From positions 49,325 to 113,324 of the forward strand of contig DHUL01000037.1 of assembly GCA_002409145.1 (NCBI GenBank): 64,000 nucleotides of DNA, read 5' to 3'. Shown one piece after another: positions 50,674-60,120 of the stretch (its first letter is position 1; every line of letters starts with the position of its first letter). A model generated the notes under the pieces. It searched no databases, was not told the DNA's origin, and saw only the letters and a program-made list of their open reading frames with translations. The translations under genes and the position numbers were made by a program. This DNA comes from Bacteroidales bacterium UBA5235 (lineage in GTDB: Bacteria; Bacteroidota; Bacteroidia; Bacteroidales; VadinHA17).

Positions 50674-51766
50674 TCACTCTTTTCCGCCAAATTCCATCAG
50701 GTACGCCTTGATGAACTCATCAATCTCCCCGTCGAGGACAGCCTGGGCATTGCCTGCCTCGTAACCGGTGCGCAGGTCCTTTACCAGCTTGTATGGGTGC
50801 AGGGTGTACGATCTGATCTGTGAACCCCATTCGATCTTTTTCTTAGCGCCCTCGATCTTTGCCTGTTCATCCATCCTCTTGCGCAGTTCCATCTCGTAGA
50901 GGTGAGACCTGAGGAGGCGGAGTGCGTTCTCCTTGTTCTGTCCCTGGGAGCGCGACTCCTGGTTCTCGATGACGAGGCCGGTAGGGGCATGTCTCAGGCG
51001 GACGGCTGTCTCAACCTTGTTGACGTTCTGTCCGCCGGCGCCGGATGAGCGGAAAGTCTCCCAGGTAATGTCGGCCGGATTTATCTCGACAACGATGTCA
51101 TCATCCACAAGCGGAGCCACGAAGACCGATGCAAATGTCGTTTGTCGTTTACCCTGTGCGTTGAAGGGTGATATGCGGACCAGTCTGTGCACTCCGTTCT
51201 CGCTCTTGAGGTAACCGTAGGCATTTTCGCCCTCAAACTCCAGGGTAACGGTCTTAATGCCTGCCTCATCGCCGGCCTGGTAGTATGCCTCTGTGATCTT
51301 GTACCCGCTTTTCTCTCCCCACATGAGGTACATTCTCATGAGCATCTGTGCCCAGTCATTGCTCTCTGTGCCACCGGCGCCTGCGTTGATCTTCAGGACA
51401 GCGCCAAGGCGATCCTCCTCGCGGCGGAGCATGTTGCGGAGCTCAAGCTTCTCCACGGCTGTGAGGGTCTTGTCATACTGAGAGGCCATCTCTTCATCTG
51501 TCACCTCACCCTCCTTGAAAAAGTCGTATAGGACAAGCATGTCTTCCACGGCGGTATCGACTGTTGAGAATGCTGTGGTCCAGCTCTTGATGCCGGAGAT
51601 CTCCTTCATGAGTTCCTCCGCCTTTTTCGGGTCATTCCAGAATCCGGCCGAGTGTGCAATTTCTTCCTTCTCTTTGATTTCTTTCAGTCTGGCATCGACG
51701 TCAAAGATACCTCCTTAACGCATCCCGGCGTTCAACGAGGTCCTGTATCTGGTCATTGTTTATCAT
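50674..51766 (-). CDS. prfB: peptide chain release factor 2, two segments joined by a programmed +1 frameshift: complement(join(50674..51702,51704..51766))
   Basis: The track shows only 50674..51609. Hand translation from ATG 51766 gives [21 protein letters not shown], then an in-frame TGA. The +1 frame continues [34 protein letters not shown]... into the tracked ORF. SPF (RISPFNA) and GGQ ([10 protein letters not shown]) motifs are present. Confidence 0.93.
51700..51715 (-). promoter_or_regulatory. RF2 +1 frameshift cassette AGGAGG-TAT-CTT-TGA-C
   Basis: Read directly on the minus strand. SD-like AGGAGG sits 3 nt before the slippery CTT, and the TGA stop is followed by C, as in the classical prfB autoregulatory site. 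Confidence 0.9.
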
Positions 51767-51784
51767 GTACTGTGAAAGTTTGCG

Positions 51785-51792
51785 CAAAGATA
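51785..51792 (-). promoter_or_regulatory. candidate -7 promoter box TATCTTTG
   Basis: Exact TAnnTTTG match (rc of caaagata), 19 nt upstream of the prfB ATG. Confidence 0.3.
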
Positions 51793-52022
51793 GTCAAAAT
51801 AGGTATGAGGCAGTATCCCGCAGAAGTAACAGCAGTGTATACACAGCAATGAAAAACCTTTAAATACCGCGTAGTGGTTTAAGCATTGTAGGACCGCAAA
51901 TAATCCCCGGAATCCTTGACAAAGGGGTGTATCCGGGCGTAAATTGCATCATATTTCTCCAATGAAGATCAATCAGTTGACTCCAGGACCTGAGTTAATA
52001 AACCTCAATAAAATCTGAACTT

Positions 52023-52844
52023 ATGAAAAAACTGATCTTCTTACTGGCATTGATGATCCTTGCTGCGGTTGCATGCAAGGAGAAAAAGTCTGCTGAATTC
52101 ACCAGGCTTGGAATCTACACACCCTACCAGGGTTACATGGAAAAGCTGAATGGCAAGATTGAATCGGTTACCGAAAAAGGTTATTGGGCAATTCCTGAGG
52201 GCGATACATATATCAAAGGAGCACGGATCACCAAAAAGGAACTGGACAGTATAGGTTATACCTATGAATACAAGGCTGTTTTTGATGCTGACGGTGACCT
52301 TGTCTCCAGTACTACTTTTGATGAGAATGACAAGGTTATAGGTGTTTGGCGTCTGTACAAAGTCAATAACCTTTATGCAAGATCCGAGTACATCTCGGAT
52401 GACACGGTCAGGTTCAGGCAGGTGATCACCTGTGACGGGGAGGGCAATCCCGTTCTCTATGAAGGATATAACGAACCGGCTGATACACTTGCTCAGAGAA
52501 TAGAGTTTGAAGGGAGTTACCTGAGTGATTCTTTGAAAGTGCAGTTTTTTAATCAAAGGGGTGAGGCTGGAGGAAGATACCTCTTTGTATTCAATGATCA
52601 GGGACTTCTAACGCATTTTGACTTTTACAGGAAAGACGGCACCCTGGGGTCAAGTCAGGTTCTTAACTATAATGACAAAGGATTTCAATCGGAGTATACC
52701 TCTTCTGACAAGGATAAGAATGTTATAGGAAAGACATACTCAACCTACGAGTATGATCAGAGGGGCAACTGGATAAAGGCCACAATCAGGGATGACAAAG
52801 GATTTACTGTAATATCCGAGCGGGTTTATACCTATTTCGAATAA
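52023..52844 (+). CDS. lipoprotein, unknown function
   Basis: 273 aa. Signal peptide plus lipobox LAAVACKE. No motif recognised. Confidence 0.55.
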   Translation: MKKLIFLLALMILAAVACKEKKSAEFTRLGIYTPYQGYMEKLNGKIESVTEKGYWAIPEGDTYIKGARITKKELDSIGYTYEYKAVFDADGDLVSSTTFDENDKVIGVWRLYKVNNLYARSEYISDDTVRFRQVITCDGEGNPVLYEGYNEPADTLAQRIEFEGSYLSDSLKVQFFNQRGEAGGRYLFVFNDQGLLTHFDFYRKDGTLGSSQVLNYNDKGFQSEYTSSDKDKNVIGKTYSTYEYDQRGNWIKATIRDDKGFTVISERVYTYFE

Positions 52845-52884
52845 ATGGCTCTCCGGTTACACCGGAGCAGATTAAAGCCATTTT
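52845..52884. terminator. nested hairpin between convergent genes (probable bidirectional terminator)
   Basis: Inner stem ctccggt/accggag with loop tac. Outer stem atggct/agccat. Followed by a T-run on the + strand. Confidence 0.45.
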
Positions 52885-53856
52885 TCAATCTACTCTGAAT
52901 CCGGAGAAATAACCCTTTTCTAGTCCTGTTAGATAATCAGTGGTGTTCCGTACCAACACTGTGATGGTATGAGAAGGTGTCAATCTCATGGTAATGCTGC
53001 CCGATGAAATACCAGCGGTTGCTGAATTAATGATCACCTCTTCGCGATCATCCACAATTTTCAGGATGACCCGTATACCACTGGGAATATCCATGGCTAC
53101 ATTAAAAGTGTAAATCCCCTCAAACGGTGTTCTGAATTCGCCGGTAGTCGGGTTGTAAGCTCCGCCGATATTAAAATTTGACCCTGTAGTGGCATTATCA
53201 AACTTTACCTGCACCTCTCCTTTGGCAGGGAGGGGTATTGTGGTTCCATCACCAAGGCTTGCCCTGAAGGCAACCATCGGCTCGAGAGTTGCTGAACTGC
53301 CTCCGGTGATGGTAATAGTCCTGGTTGCAGGATTGTAACCCAGGTCCTGAAGTTCATTTTCCGGATCGGTGTCAATGGTGATGGATTTGTTGATCCCGGA
53401 AATGGATAGTTGGTTATTGTTAACCGTCAGTTCCTGCAGAAGAGTCTTCCCTGCATATAATGCATAAGGCACTGACATAAAAGAGATTGTGCCCATTCTT
53501 TTCCATCCGTTGCCAAGGTCTATGTCTACCTGAAGTGAATGGTTTCCTGTTGACCAGTCGATGGCATGAAAAGTGCCATTGAGCGCCTCTCCCTTACCTA
53601 TGATAAGAGAGAATACACCGTATTGTGATGTAGTAGTATGGTGAAGCTCCTCGTAAACCGAGGTTTCACCTGCAAGGATGGAGAATTTCACATCAATGGA
53701 TTCATTTTTGATCTCCCCGCTTGCATCACGGGCCACAGCCTGATAATGTATCCCCGGAGGAACTGTTCCTGTTCCCTGTCCCCTGACGCGACACTCGCTT
53801 CCTGCAAGAAAGAGTCCCATCAGTAATAATAAACCTATACCTTTCTTCATCATCAT
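52885..53856 (-). CDS. secreted protein with a C-terminal C1q/TNF-like globular domain
   Basis: The track ORF has a 24-aa upstream extension. ATG 53856 gives MMMKKGIGLLLLMGLFLAG. The C-terminus N-IGGA-Y-NPTTGE-F-RTPFE-G-I-Y-T-F fits the C1q signature core [ND]-x4-[FYWL]-x6-F-x5-G-x-Y-x-F as I recall it. The middle carries tail-fibre-like ...NQLSISG...ENELQDL. Confidence 0.6.
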   Translation of the reverse strand: MMMKKGIGLLLLMGLFLAGSECRVRGQGTGTVPPGIHYQAVARDASGEIKNESIDVKFSILAGETSVYEELHHTTTSQYGVFSLIIGKGEALNGTFHAIDWSTGNHSLQVDIDLGNGWKRMGTISFMSVPYALYAGKTLLQELTVNNNQLSISGINKSITIDTDPENELQDLGYNPATRTITITGGSSATLEPMVAFRASLGDGTTIPLPAKGEVQVKFDNATTGSNFNIGGAYNPTTGEFRTPFEGIYTFNVAMDIPSGIRVILKIVDDREEVIINSATAGISSGSITMRLTPSHTITVLVRNTTDYLTGLEKGYFSGFRVD

Positions 53857-53860
53857 CGTT

Positions 53861-54406
53861 TTAAATCTTGAGTATCTTCGCCTCAGCGGCTTGACCATCA
53901 GACCGCACAACCCTGACCAGATAAACACCCCTGGACCATCCTTCCATATCTACCATAGTCTTGTAGAAAAAACTGCCTGATGAGTACGTACTCCAGGCAT
54001 CGACAGAAATATTAAGCACTTCGGCGTATACGATGGATCCGGTGAGATTGACAATAACAATTTCATAAGTCCATGGGAGCGCAGCACCGGCAAACAGTTC
54101 CAGGATAAGTTTATTCCTCAGGTCATTCTCCTTGGAGACAGGATTGGGATAAAACTTAACCCCGCTATCCTCCGGTACTCCTGGTTTCTGAATGATGCTG
54201 GGTTGCTGGAATCCCTGTGTCAGAACTGTGTCCTCCTCCCCGACCAGCTCAACCATAACCTCCCCGATAGTATGCTGGTAATAAATATGGCCGTTAGCTA
54301 TGTAATCTACTCCTGCACCCGACACGATCACCCTGTGAGACAGCTCCTGTGAAAGTACCGATGCAGACATAAGAGCCAATGCCGTACACGCTAACAACCC
54401 CTTCAT
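53861..54406 (-). CDS. small secreted protein with a T9SS C-terminal sorting domain
   Basis: Track ORF 53861..54829 carries a 141-aa extension overlapping the flippase gene. ATG 54406 gives signal peptide MKGLLACTALALMSASVLSQ. LTQGFQQP motif. C-terminal FYPNPV...GVYLVRV...KILKI is a type-A T9SS CTD pattern. Confidence 0.6.
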   Translation of the reverse strand: MKGLLACTALALMSASVLSQELSHRVIVSGAGVDYIANGHIYYQHTIGEVMVELVGEEDTVLTQGFQQPSIIQKPGVPEDSGVKFYPNPVSKENDLRNKLILELFAGAALPWTYEIVIVNLTGSIVYAEVLNISVDAWSTYSSGSFFYKTMVDMEGWSRGVYLVRVVRSDGQAAEAKILKI

Positions 54407-54447
54407 ATCAAACACAAGTATACAATTACTGACAAAAATAACACTTT

Positions 54448-55899
54448 TTATGCAGAACCGGCCCTGTCGGTCAGCAGTTTGAGGCTTTTGAGAGGTTCGG
54501 CGAACCTTAAGAGAAGGGCCAGGACGGCACCTGCTGCCAGTTGGAGACCACCAGCCGCCATCCATGAGAGTCCTGTCCTCCGCAACAACCAGCCGGTAGC
54601 GAAAGTAAGGGTAAGCATCAGAAGGAAGAAAGTAACCCGGCCTGCACCGGTAATACCGGTTATGGTCTTCCTCACTGCTGCCATGCATGCTGCTGCCACC
54701 AGTGTTTGTGTAACCAGTGCGGTGTATGCAGCACCTGCAATACCAAGCCACGGGATCAGCGCAAGGTTGAGGGACACGTTCAGGAGCATGCCCGACAGAG
54801 TGATTAATCCAAGAAGCCTCAGTTTCCATGCAGCTGTAAGCATCGTACTGTATATGTAGATCGCTCCAACGGGAACCAGGGTGATCATCAGAATCCGGAA
54901 AGCTAAGACAGCGCTGGCAGTGGGTGAGATATAGAGCAGATCGAGTATTTCGCCCGGGAAAGTGGCCAGTGTCACCGCTCCGACGCCCAGCGGCGCCATG
55001 AGCAGGCGTCCGGCCATGCTCGCAAGCGGCCTGATATCACTTCCGGACGACAACCCCCTGGTCATGATTGGAAGTAGCATGCCTCCGAACATGACCGGGA
55101 TCATTGCAAAAGCATCAAACAGCCGGAATGCCTGTGCATAGTTTCCTGCCTGGGTCGCCCCTTCAGGAAGCAGACGTTCAATCATCACAGAGTCGATCCG
55201 CCAGTAAATTGTCATTGCAAAAACTACAGCCGCATAGGGGAGTCCGGTCACAATGATGCTCCTTAGCACTGTGATATCAGGTTTCACCCCTGAAACCTGA
55301 CCCTTGCGCACCACTATTATGAATGCAGCGCACATAACTGTAAAATAGGCAGCTGTCTGCGCCCATACAAACCATTCGATCCTGAATCCTCCCGTTGTAA
55401 TACCACCCCACAGGAGCACCGAGCAGATGATGATCATCACAAGCCTGTCAGCTACAGAAAAAATACTGTCAAGGAAGAGATACTGCATGCCGCTTATGTT
55501 TGACCGGAGCCAAAGGATCATTGAAGCCATCACCTGGTTCAGCATCAGAACAAGGAGCATGGATATCTGCCATCCTCTGTAGCCGAGGGCTAAAGCGACA
55601 CTGACAGTCACAAGAAAGTAGGCCGTTGTAAGCAGGAGCCGGAGCAACAATACATTGCCGAAATAAAGCTTCACCCGGGAGGGATCGGCTGCCACTGCCC
55701 TGTTGTTGAAGCCCGACAGCCCCATGTCGAGCAGCAGGGTAAAGAGAACGGAGAAGCTGAAGAGTGAAAAATAGCTTCCGTAGGCGGTCTCGCCAACCAC
55801 GTTCTGAACGGTACGGTCTATACCAAGTACCCAGAAAGCTTTGACCAGGATGCTCACCGTCAGGAGGAAGGTGATATTAATAAGGAACTTTCGCCTCAA
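54448..55899 (-). CDS. polysaccharide/oligosaccharide flippase (MOP/Wzx-like)
   Basis: 483 aa with about 12-14 TM segments and the general MOP flippase pattern. The track start is TTG, so the start is uncertain. Confidence 0.7.
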   Translation of the reverse strand: MRRKFLINITFLLTVSILVKAFWVLGIDRTVQNVVGETAYGSYFSLFSFSVLFTLLLDMGLSGFNNRAVAADPSRVKLYFGNVLLLRLLLTTAYFLVTVSVALALGYRGWQISMLLVLMLNQVMASMILWLRSNISGMQYLFLDSIFSVADRLVMIIICSVLLWGGITTGGFRIEWFVWAQTAAYFTVMCAAFIIVVRKGQVSGVKPDITVLRSIIVTGLPYAAVVFAMTIYWRIDSVMIERLLPEGATQAGNYAQAFRLFDAFAMIPVMFGGMLLPIMTRGLSSGSDIRPLASMAGRLLMAPLGVGAVTLATFPGEILDLLYISPTASAVLAFRILMITLVPVGAIYIYSTMLTAAWKLRLLGLITLSGMLLNVSLNLALIPWLGIAGAAYTALVTQTLVAAACMAAVRKTITGITGAGRVTFFLLMLTLTFATGWLLRRTGLSWMAAGGLQLAAGAVLALLLRFAEPLKSLKLLTDRAGSA

Positions 55900-55980
55900 T
55901 TCAGTCTGCCGTGGATAAAAGAATCAATGCCAATTTATAAATTAATTGCCACATTTGTATTTCAGTACCAGCAACCGGAA

Positions 55981-57114
55981 ATGATCATTGCAATAAATGC
56001 GCGTACGCTCAGGGCTGTGCCACGTGATGGCATCGGATGGTTCACCCTTGAGGTTGTCAGCGGAATGATCCGTAAACATCCTGAGCACCGGTTTGTACTG
56101 GTTGGTGACAGAAGGCCGGAGCCACTGCCTGTTGAAGGTAACAATGTTGAATATTTCACCCTGCCGTTGCGTACAGTTCATCCGCTGCTCTGGTATGTGT
56201 GGCATGAATTTCTGCTGCCGCCCGTTCTGAAGCGCACAGGGGCTGCTCTGTTCATCGCCCCTGACGGGATGATCCCGCTGAAAACGGATATACCTTGCAT
56301 TCCCGTCATCCACGACCTCAACCATGAGCATCGTCCCGATGATATCCCCTCCGGAGAGTGCAGTTACTACCGCCGGCGGTTTCCGCTCTTCGCCGGGAAA
56401 GGAGCGCGTGTGGCGACGGTGTCTCATTTCTCGGCAGGAGACATTGCTTCGACCTATGGTATCAGGCCGGACAAGATAGATGTGGTGCCCAACGGCGTTT
56501 CAGCGATCTTCTCGCCGCCATTGCCGGGCGAAGTGGAGGAGACACGCCGCAGGTACACAGGTGGCAGGCCATATTTTCTCTTTGTCAGCAATTTTTCTCC
56601 GAGGAAGAATGTTGAGGCGGTCATCCGTGCTTTTGAGCTCTTCAGGCAATCGGGCAGCGGTGATCATGTACTGCTTCTTGCAGGGCGAAGGCTATATCTT
56701 ACCAGGGAGATGGACAGGCACCTGGAGGATTCTGCGTACAGTAATGATATACTCTTCACAGGGTCGGTCACTCGTGATGTGCTGCGCAGGCTCTATGGAG
56801 CTGCCGATGCTCTGACCTTTGTGCCGTGGTTCGAGGGGTTCGGCATACCTGTAGTGGAGGCGCAGCGGTGCGCTACGCCGTGCATTCTGTCAGACAACTC
56901 ATCACTCCCCGAGGTAAGCGGCGGCGCGGCGCTCTGCGTCAGCCCCGCTGACGCAGGTGCCATAGCCGAGGCTATGGCACGCCTCGTCACCGACGGCGCG
57001 CTGCGCCGCCGCCTGGCTGACGAGGGATATTACAACTCCCTCAGGTACACCTGGGAAAAGTCTGCGGAAGAAATGTGGAAATCAGTCATCAAAGCTACCG
57101 GGGGAGACGTCTGA
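55981..57114 (+). CDS. glycosyltransferase family 4 (GT-B, GT1-type domain)
   Basis: ATG 55981 (MIIAINARTL...GIGWFT) is preferred over 55927. C-terminal EGFGIPVVEAQRCATPCILSDNSSLPEV. Confidence 0.85.
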   Translation: MIIAINARTLRAVPRDGIGWFTLEVVSGMIRKHPEHRFVLVGDRRPEPLPVEGNNVEYFTLPLRTVHPLLWYVWHEFLLPPVLKRTGAALFIAPDGMIPLKTDIPCIPVIHDLNHEHRPDDIPSGECSYYRRRFPLFAGKGARVATVSHFSAGDIASTYGIRPDKIDVVPNGVSAIFSPPLPGEVEETRRRYTGGRPYFLFVSNFSPRKNVEAVIRAFELFRQSGSGDHVLLLAGRRLYLTREMDRHLEDSAYSNDILFTGSVTRDVLRRLYGAADALTFVPWFEGFGIPVVEAQRCATPCILSDNSSLPEVSGGAALCVSPADAGAIAEAMARLVTDGALRRRLADEGYYNSLRYTWEKSAEEMWKSVIKATGGDV

Positions 57115-57716
57115 TGCTTAAACCATTCTATAAGGACGGCATCCGTGAGGCCGGGTGCGACGAGGCAGGACGCGGATGCCTGGCAGGCCCCGTGTACGCT
57201 GCAGCAGTCATCCTCCCCAGAAGATACAGAAACAGGGAACTCAATGACTCCAAGAAACTGACCGCCCGCCAGCGCGAACGGCTGCGCTCCGAAATCATGT
57301 CATCTGCCAGCGCCTGGTGTATTGCCTCATGCTCAAACACCGAAATAGATGAGATGAACATACTCCGCGCCTCAATCACCGCCATGCACAGGGCTATCGA
57401 CGGACTTGAACCCAGGCCACTGCTGCTGCTAATAGACGGTAACAGGTTCTATACATATGGAGATATCCCCCATCAGACAATTATCAGGGGTGACGCCACA
57501 TACCTCTCCATCGCGGCTGCATCGGTGCTGGCAAAAACAGAACGTGATCACCGGATGGAGGAACTTGACGCCCTCTACCCATGCTACAGGTGGCGGCAGA
57601 ACAAAGGATATCCTACCCCGGAACATCGCAGAGCCATTGCTGAATACGGCCCAAGCCCGATTCACCGGCTTTCATTCAACCTGGTTGACAAGCAGGGGGT
57701 GCTTCCTTTCTTATAA
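57114..57716 (+). CDS. rnhB: ribonuclease HII
   Basis: ATG 57114 overlaps the glycosyltransferase stop (TGATG). Motifs AGCDEAGRGCLAGPV and DSKKL. Confidence 0.9.
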   Translation: MLKPFYKDGIREAGCDEAGRGCLAGPVYAAAVILPRRYRNRELNDSKKLTARQRERLRSEIMSSASAWCIASCSNTEIDEMNILRASITAMHRAIDGLEPRPLLLLIDGNRFYTYGDIPHQTIIRGDATYLSIAAASVLAKTERDHRMEELDALYPCYRWRQNKGYPTPEHRRAIAEYGPSPIHRLSFNLVDKQGVLPFL

Positions 57717-57792
57717 AATGTTAAAATCATCAATCCTGAGAGGGTATTTTGATATCTTTGGTTCCTTACTTAAATCAACAACACCTTAAATC

Positions 57793-59937
57793 ATGAGAAA
57801 AATACTGGCAATTATTGTTATCCTTCTAACCTTCTCAGCCTCACAGGCCAGAGCTGATGAGGGCATGTGGCTGCTGCCGCTCATTGAAAAGCTCAATATC
57901 GGTACCATGACCGAGATGGGGCTCAAACTGACAGCAGAAGACATCTACAGCATCAACCAGGCAAGCCTGAAAGACGCTATTGTCATCTTCGGTGGCGGCT
58001 GTACCGCTGAGATCGTCTCACCTCAAGGCCTGCTTCTTACCAACCACCACTGTGGTTACGGCCAGATCCAGAACCACAGCACCGTGGAACATGACTATCT
58101 CAACAATGGTTTCTGGGCTATGTCAAAGGAAGAAGAACTTCCCAATCCCGGACTGTCAGTCACCTTCCTGGTGCGCATTGAAGATGTCACCTCAAGGGTA
58201 CTTGGAAAGACCAGCACAGACATGACCGAAGCAGCACGCCGCGAAGCCATCCAGGCTGAGAGTGCCGCCATCACCGCCGAGGCAACAAAGGGAACCCACT
58301 ACAACGCCCGCGTCGCATCATTTTACAGTGGGAACCAGTATTTCCTGCTTATCTATGAAGTATTCTCCGACGTAAGGCTCGTTGGAACACCACCCAACTC
58401 AATCGGGAAATATGGTCATGACTCTGATAACTGGATGTGGCCGCGCCATACCTGCGATTTCAGCGTTTTCAGGGTCTATATGAGCCCTGACGGAAAACCG
58501 GCTCAGTACTCGAAGGACAATGTTCCTCTCAAGCCGAAGCACTACCTGCCTGTATCAATAAAGAACCTGCAGAAGAATGATTTCGCAATGGTGATGGGCT
58601 ACCCCGGTACAACAACCAGGTACATGACATCATACGAGGTTGACGAAGCGATGAAGATCACCAACGCCAACAGGATCAAGATCCGTGGTACACGCCAGGA
58701 GATATGGATGAAGGATATGATGGCTGACCCGAAGGTGAACATTCAATACGCATCGAAATATGCCGGTTCATCCAATTACTGGAAGTTCTCAATAGGCCAG
58801 AACGCAGGTCTCACACGTCTGCGCACCGCAGATAAGAAGGCAGCTTTCGAAGCTGAATATATGAAGTGGGTAAAGGCAGACCAGGCACGCAATGCCAGAT
58901 ACGGCAATGCACTTTCACTGATTGAAAACGCCGTTAAGGGAAGGGCTGAAAAGTACAATGTCTCACAATATATCAGGGAAGCATTGTCTACGGAACTGAT
59001 AGGCTTTGCCGGTCAGATGACCATACTCGAAGAGGCCCTTGCCACAAAAGAGACCGAAAGAATCAGCGGCATGATCGAAAGGTTAAAGAAATATGCTGAG
59101 AATTTCTACGGTGATTATAACTATCCTACCGATCAGAAAACTACAAAGGCGATGATGACGCTCTACAGAACGGATATCGATCCCAGGTACTGGCCATCTT
59201 TTTACAAGCTGATCGACACGAAGTTCAAGGGCAACATTGACACCTTTGTTGATAATATCTTCGCGAAGTCAATATTTGTCTCCCAGGAGAAACTGGCAGC
59301 CTTCCTTGGAGCTCCCAGCCTGAAGGTTCTTCAGAAGGATCCCGCATATGTTGTTGCCAGATCAATCAGCGAAATGAGTTCATCATTGATGAAAGATCTC
59401 CAGGGATTCAATGCTGATCTCTCAAAAGGACAGCGTCTCTATATGGCCGGAGTAATGGAATACCAGCCTGACAAAACAGAGTATCCGGATGCCAACTCCA
59501 CCATGAGGCTCACATATGGCAAGGTGCTTGACTACTACCCGTATGATGCAGTGCATTACAACTGGTATACGACACTCGACGGTGTGGTGCAGAAATACAA
59601 GCCTGGCGATTATGAGTTCGACCTGCCGCAGCGGCTCATTGATCTTAACAACAAAAGGGAGTATGGCCGTTATGCATCCCCGGATGGCTACATGCCGGTA
59701 TGCTTCATTACCGACAATGACATCACCGGGGGCAATTCAGGCAGTCCTGTCATAAACGGCAACGGCGAGCTTATCGGCCTTGCCTTTGACGGCAACTGGG
59801 AGGCCATGACCGGAAACATAGCATTCGAGCCTGACTTTCAGAGGTGCATCAACGTTGACATCCGTTACGTTCTCTGGGTGATTGACATCTACTCAGGGGC
59901 AGGGTATCTGCTCGATGAGATGGATATCAGAGAATAG
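57793..59937 (+). CDS. S46 family dipeptidyl-peptidase (DPP7-like by the specificity residue)
   Basis: 714 aa. Signal peptide then ADEGMWL. Catalytic TNHHCG (His) and GGNSGSPV (Ser). FDGNWE carries Gly at the position where DPP11 has Arg. Confidence 0.9.
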   Translation: MRKILAIIVILLTFSASQARADEGMWLLPLIEKLNIGTMTEMGLKLTAEDIYSINQASLKDAIVIFGGGCTAEIVSPQGLLLTNHHCGYGQIQNHSTVEHDYLNNGFWAMSKEEELPNPGLSVTFLVRIEDVTSRVLGKTSTDMTEAARREAIQAESAAITAEATKGTHYNARVASFYSGNQYFLLIYEVFSDVRLVGTPPNSIGKYGHDSDNWMWPRHTCDFSVFRVYMSPDGKPAQYSKDNVPLKPKHYLPVSIKNLQKNDFAMVMGYPGTTTRYMTSYEVDEAMKITNANRIKIRGTRQEIWMKDMMADPKVNIQYASKYAGSSNYWKFSIGQNAGLTRLRTADKKAAFEAEYMKWVKADQARNARYGNALSLIENAVKGRAEKYNVSQYIREALSTELIGFAGQMTILEEALATKETERISGMIERLKKYAENFYGDYNYPTDQKTTKAMMTLYRTDIDPRYWPSFYKLIDTKFKGNIDTFVDNIFAKSIFVSQEKLAAFLGAPSLKVLQKDPAYVVARSISEMSSSLMKDLQGFNADLSKGQRLYMAGVMEYQPDKTEYPDANSTMRLTYGKVLDYYPYDAVHYNWYTTLDGVVQKYKPGDYEFDLPQRLIDLNNKREYGRYASPDGYMPVCFITDNDITGGNSGSPVINGNGELIGLAFDGNWEAMTGNIAFEPDFQRCINVDIRYVLWVIDIYSGAGYLLDEMDIRE

Positions 59938-59961
59938 GCAAGAGGCATTAGGCTATAGGCA
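59934..59961 (+). repeat. four tandem heptads NNAGGCA (atAGGCA agAGGCA ttAGGCT atAGGCA)
   Basis: Read directly from the sequence. The first unit contains the TAG stop of the S46 gene. Confidence 0.8.
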
Positions 59962-59971
59962 ATAGTGAAGT

Positions 59972-59997
59972 GGGGCTGTCTTATATGAGACAGCCTC
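59972..59997 (+). terminator. rho-independent terminator of the S46 peptidase gene
   Basis: Stem ggctgtc/gacagcc with an 8-nt loop, followed by tcttttacattt. Confidence 0.55.
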
Positions 59998-60064
59998 TTT
60001 TACATTTCATAAAATAGTTTAATGACGTACAAATCCAACGACTGCATGTGATTGACAACGCTAC

Positions 60065-60092
60065 TGCCTACTGCCTCTTGCCTGATGCCTAA
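60065..60092 (-). repeat. four tandem heptads NNAGGCA in inverted orientation (plus strand TGCCTac TGCCTct TGCCTga TGCCTaa)
   Basis: Read directly from the sequence. The rc of 60066-60083 matches 59936-59953 at 17 of 18 positions. Confidence 0.8.
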
Positions 60093-60120
60093 TAAAGTCC
60101 TACCTTTGCAAAAATTTGCA

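Noticed and set aside
54407-54829. 141-aa N-terminal extension of ORF 53861..54829
   Set aside because: It overlaps the flippase gene in another frame and is Arg/Cys/Pro-rich. The ATG at 54406 gives a proper signal peptide.
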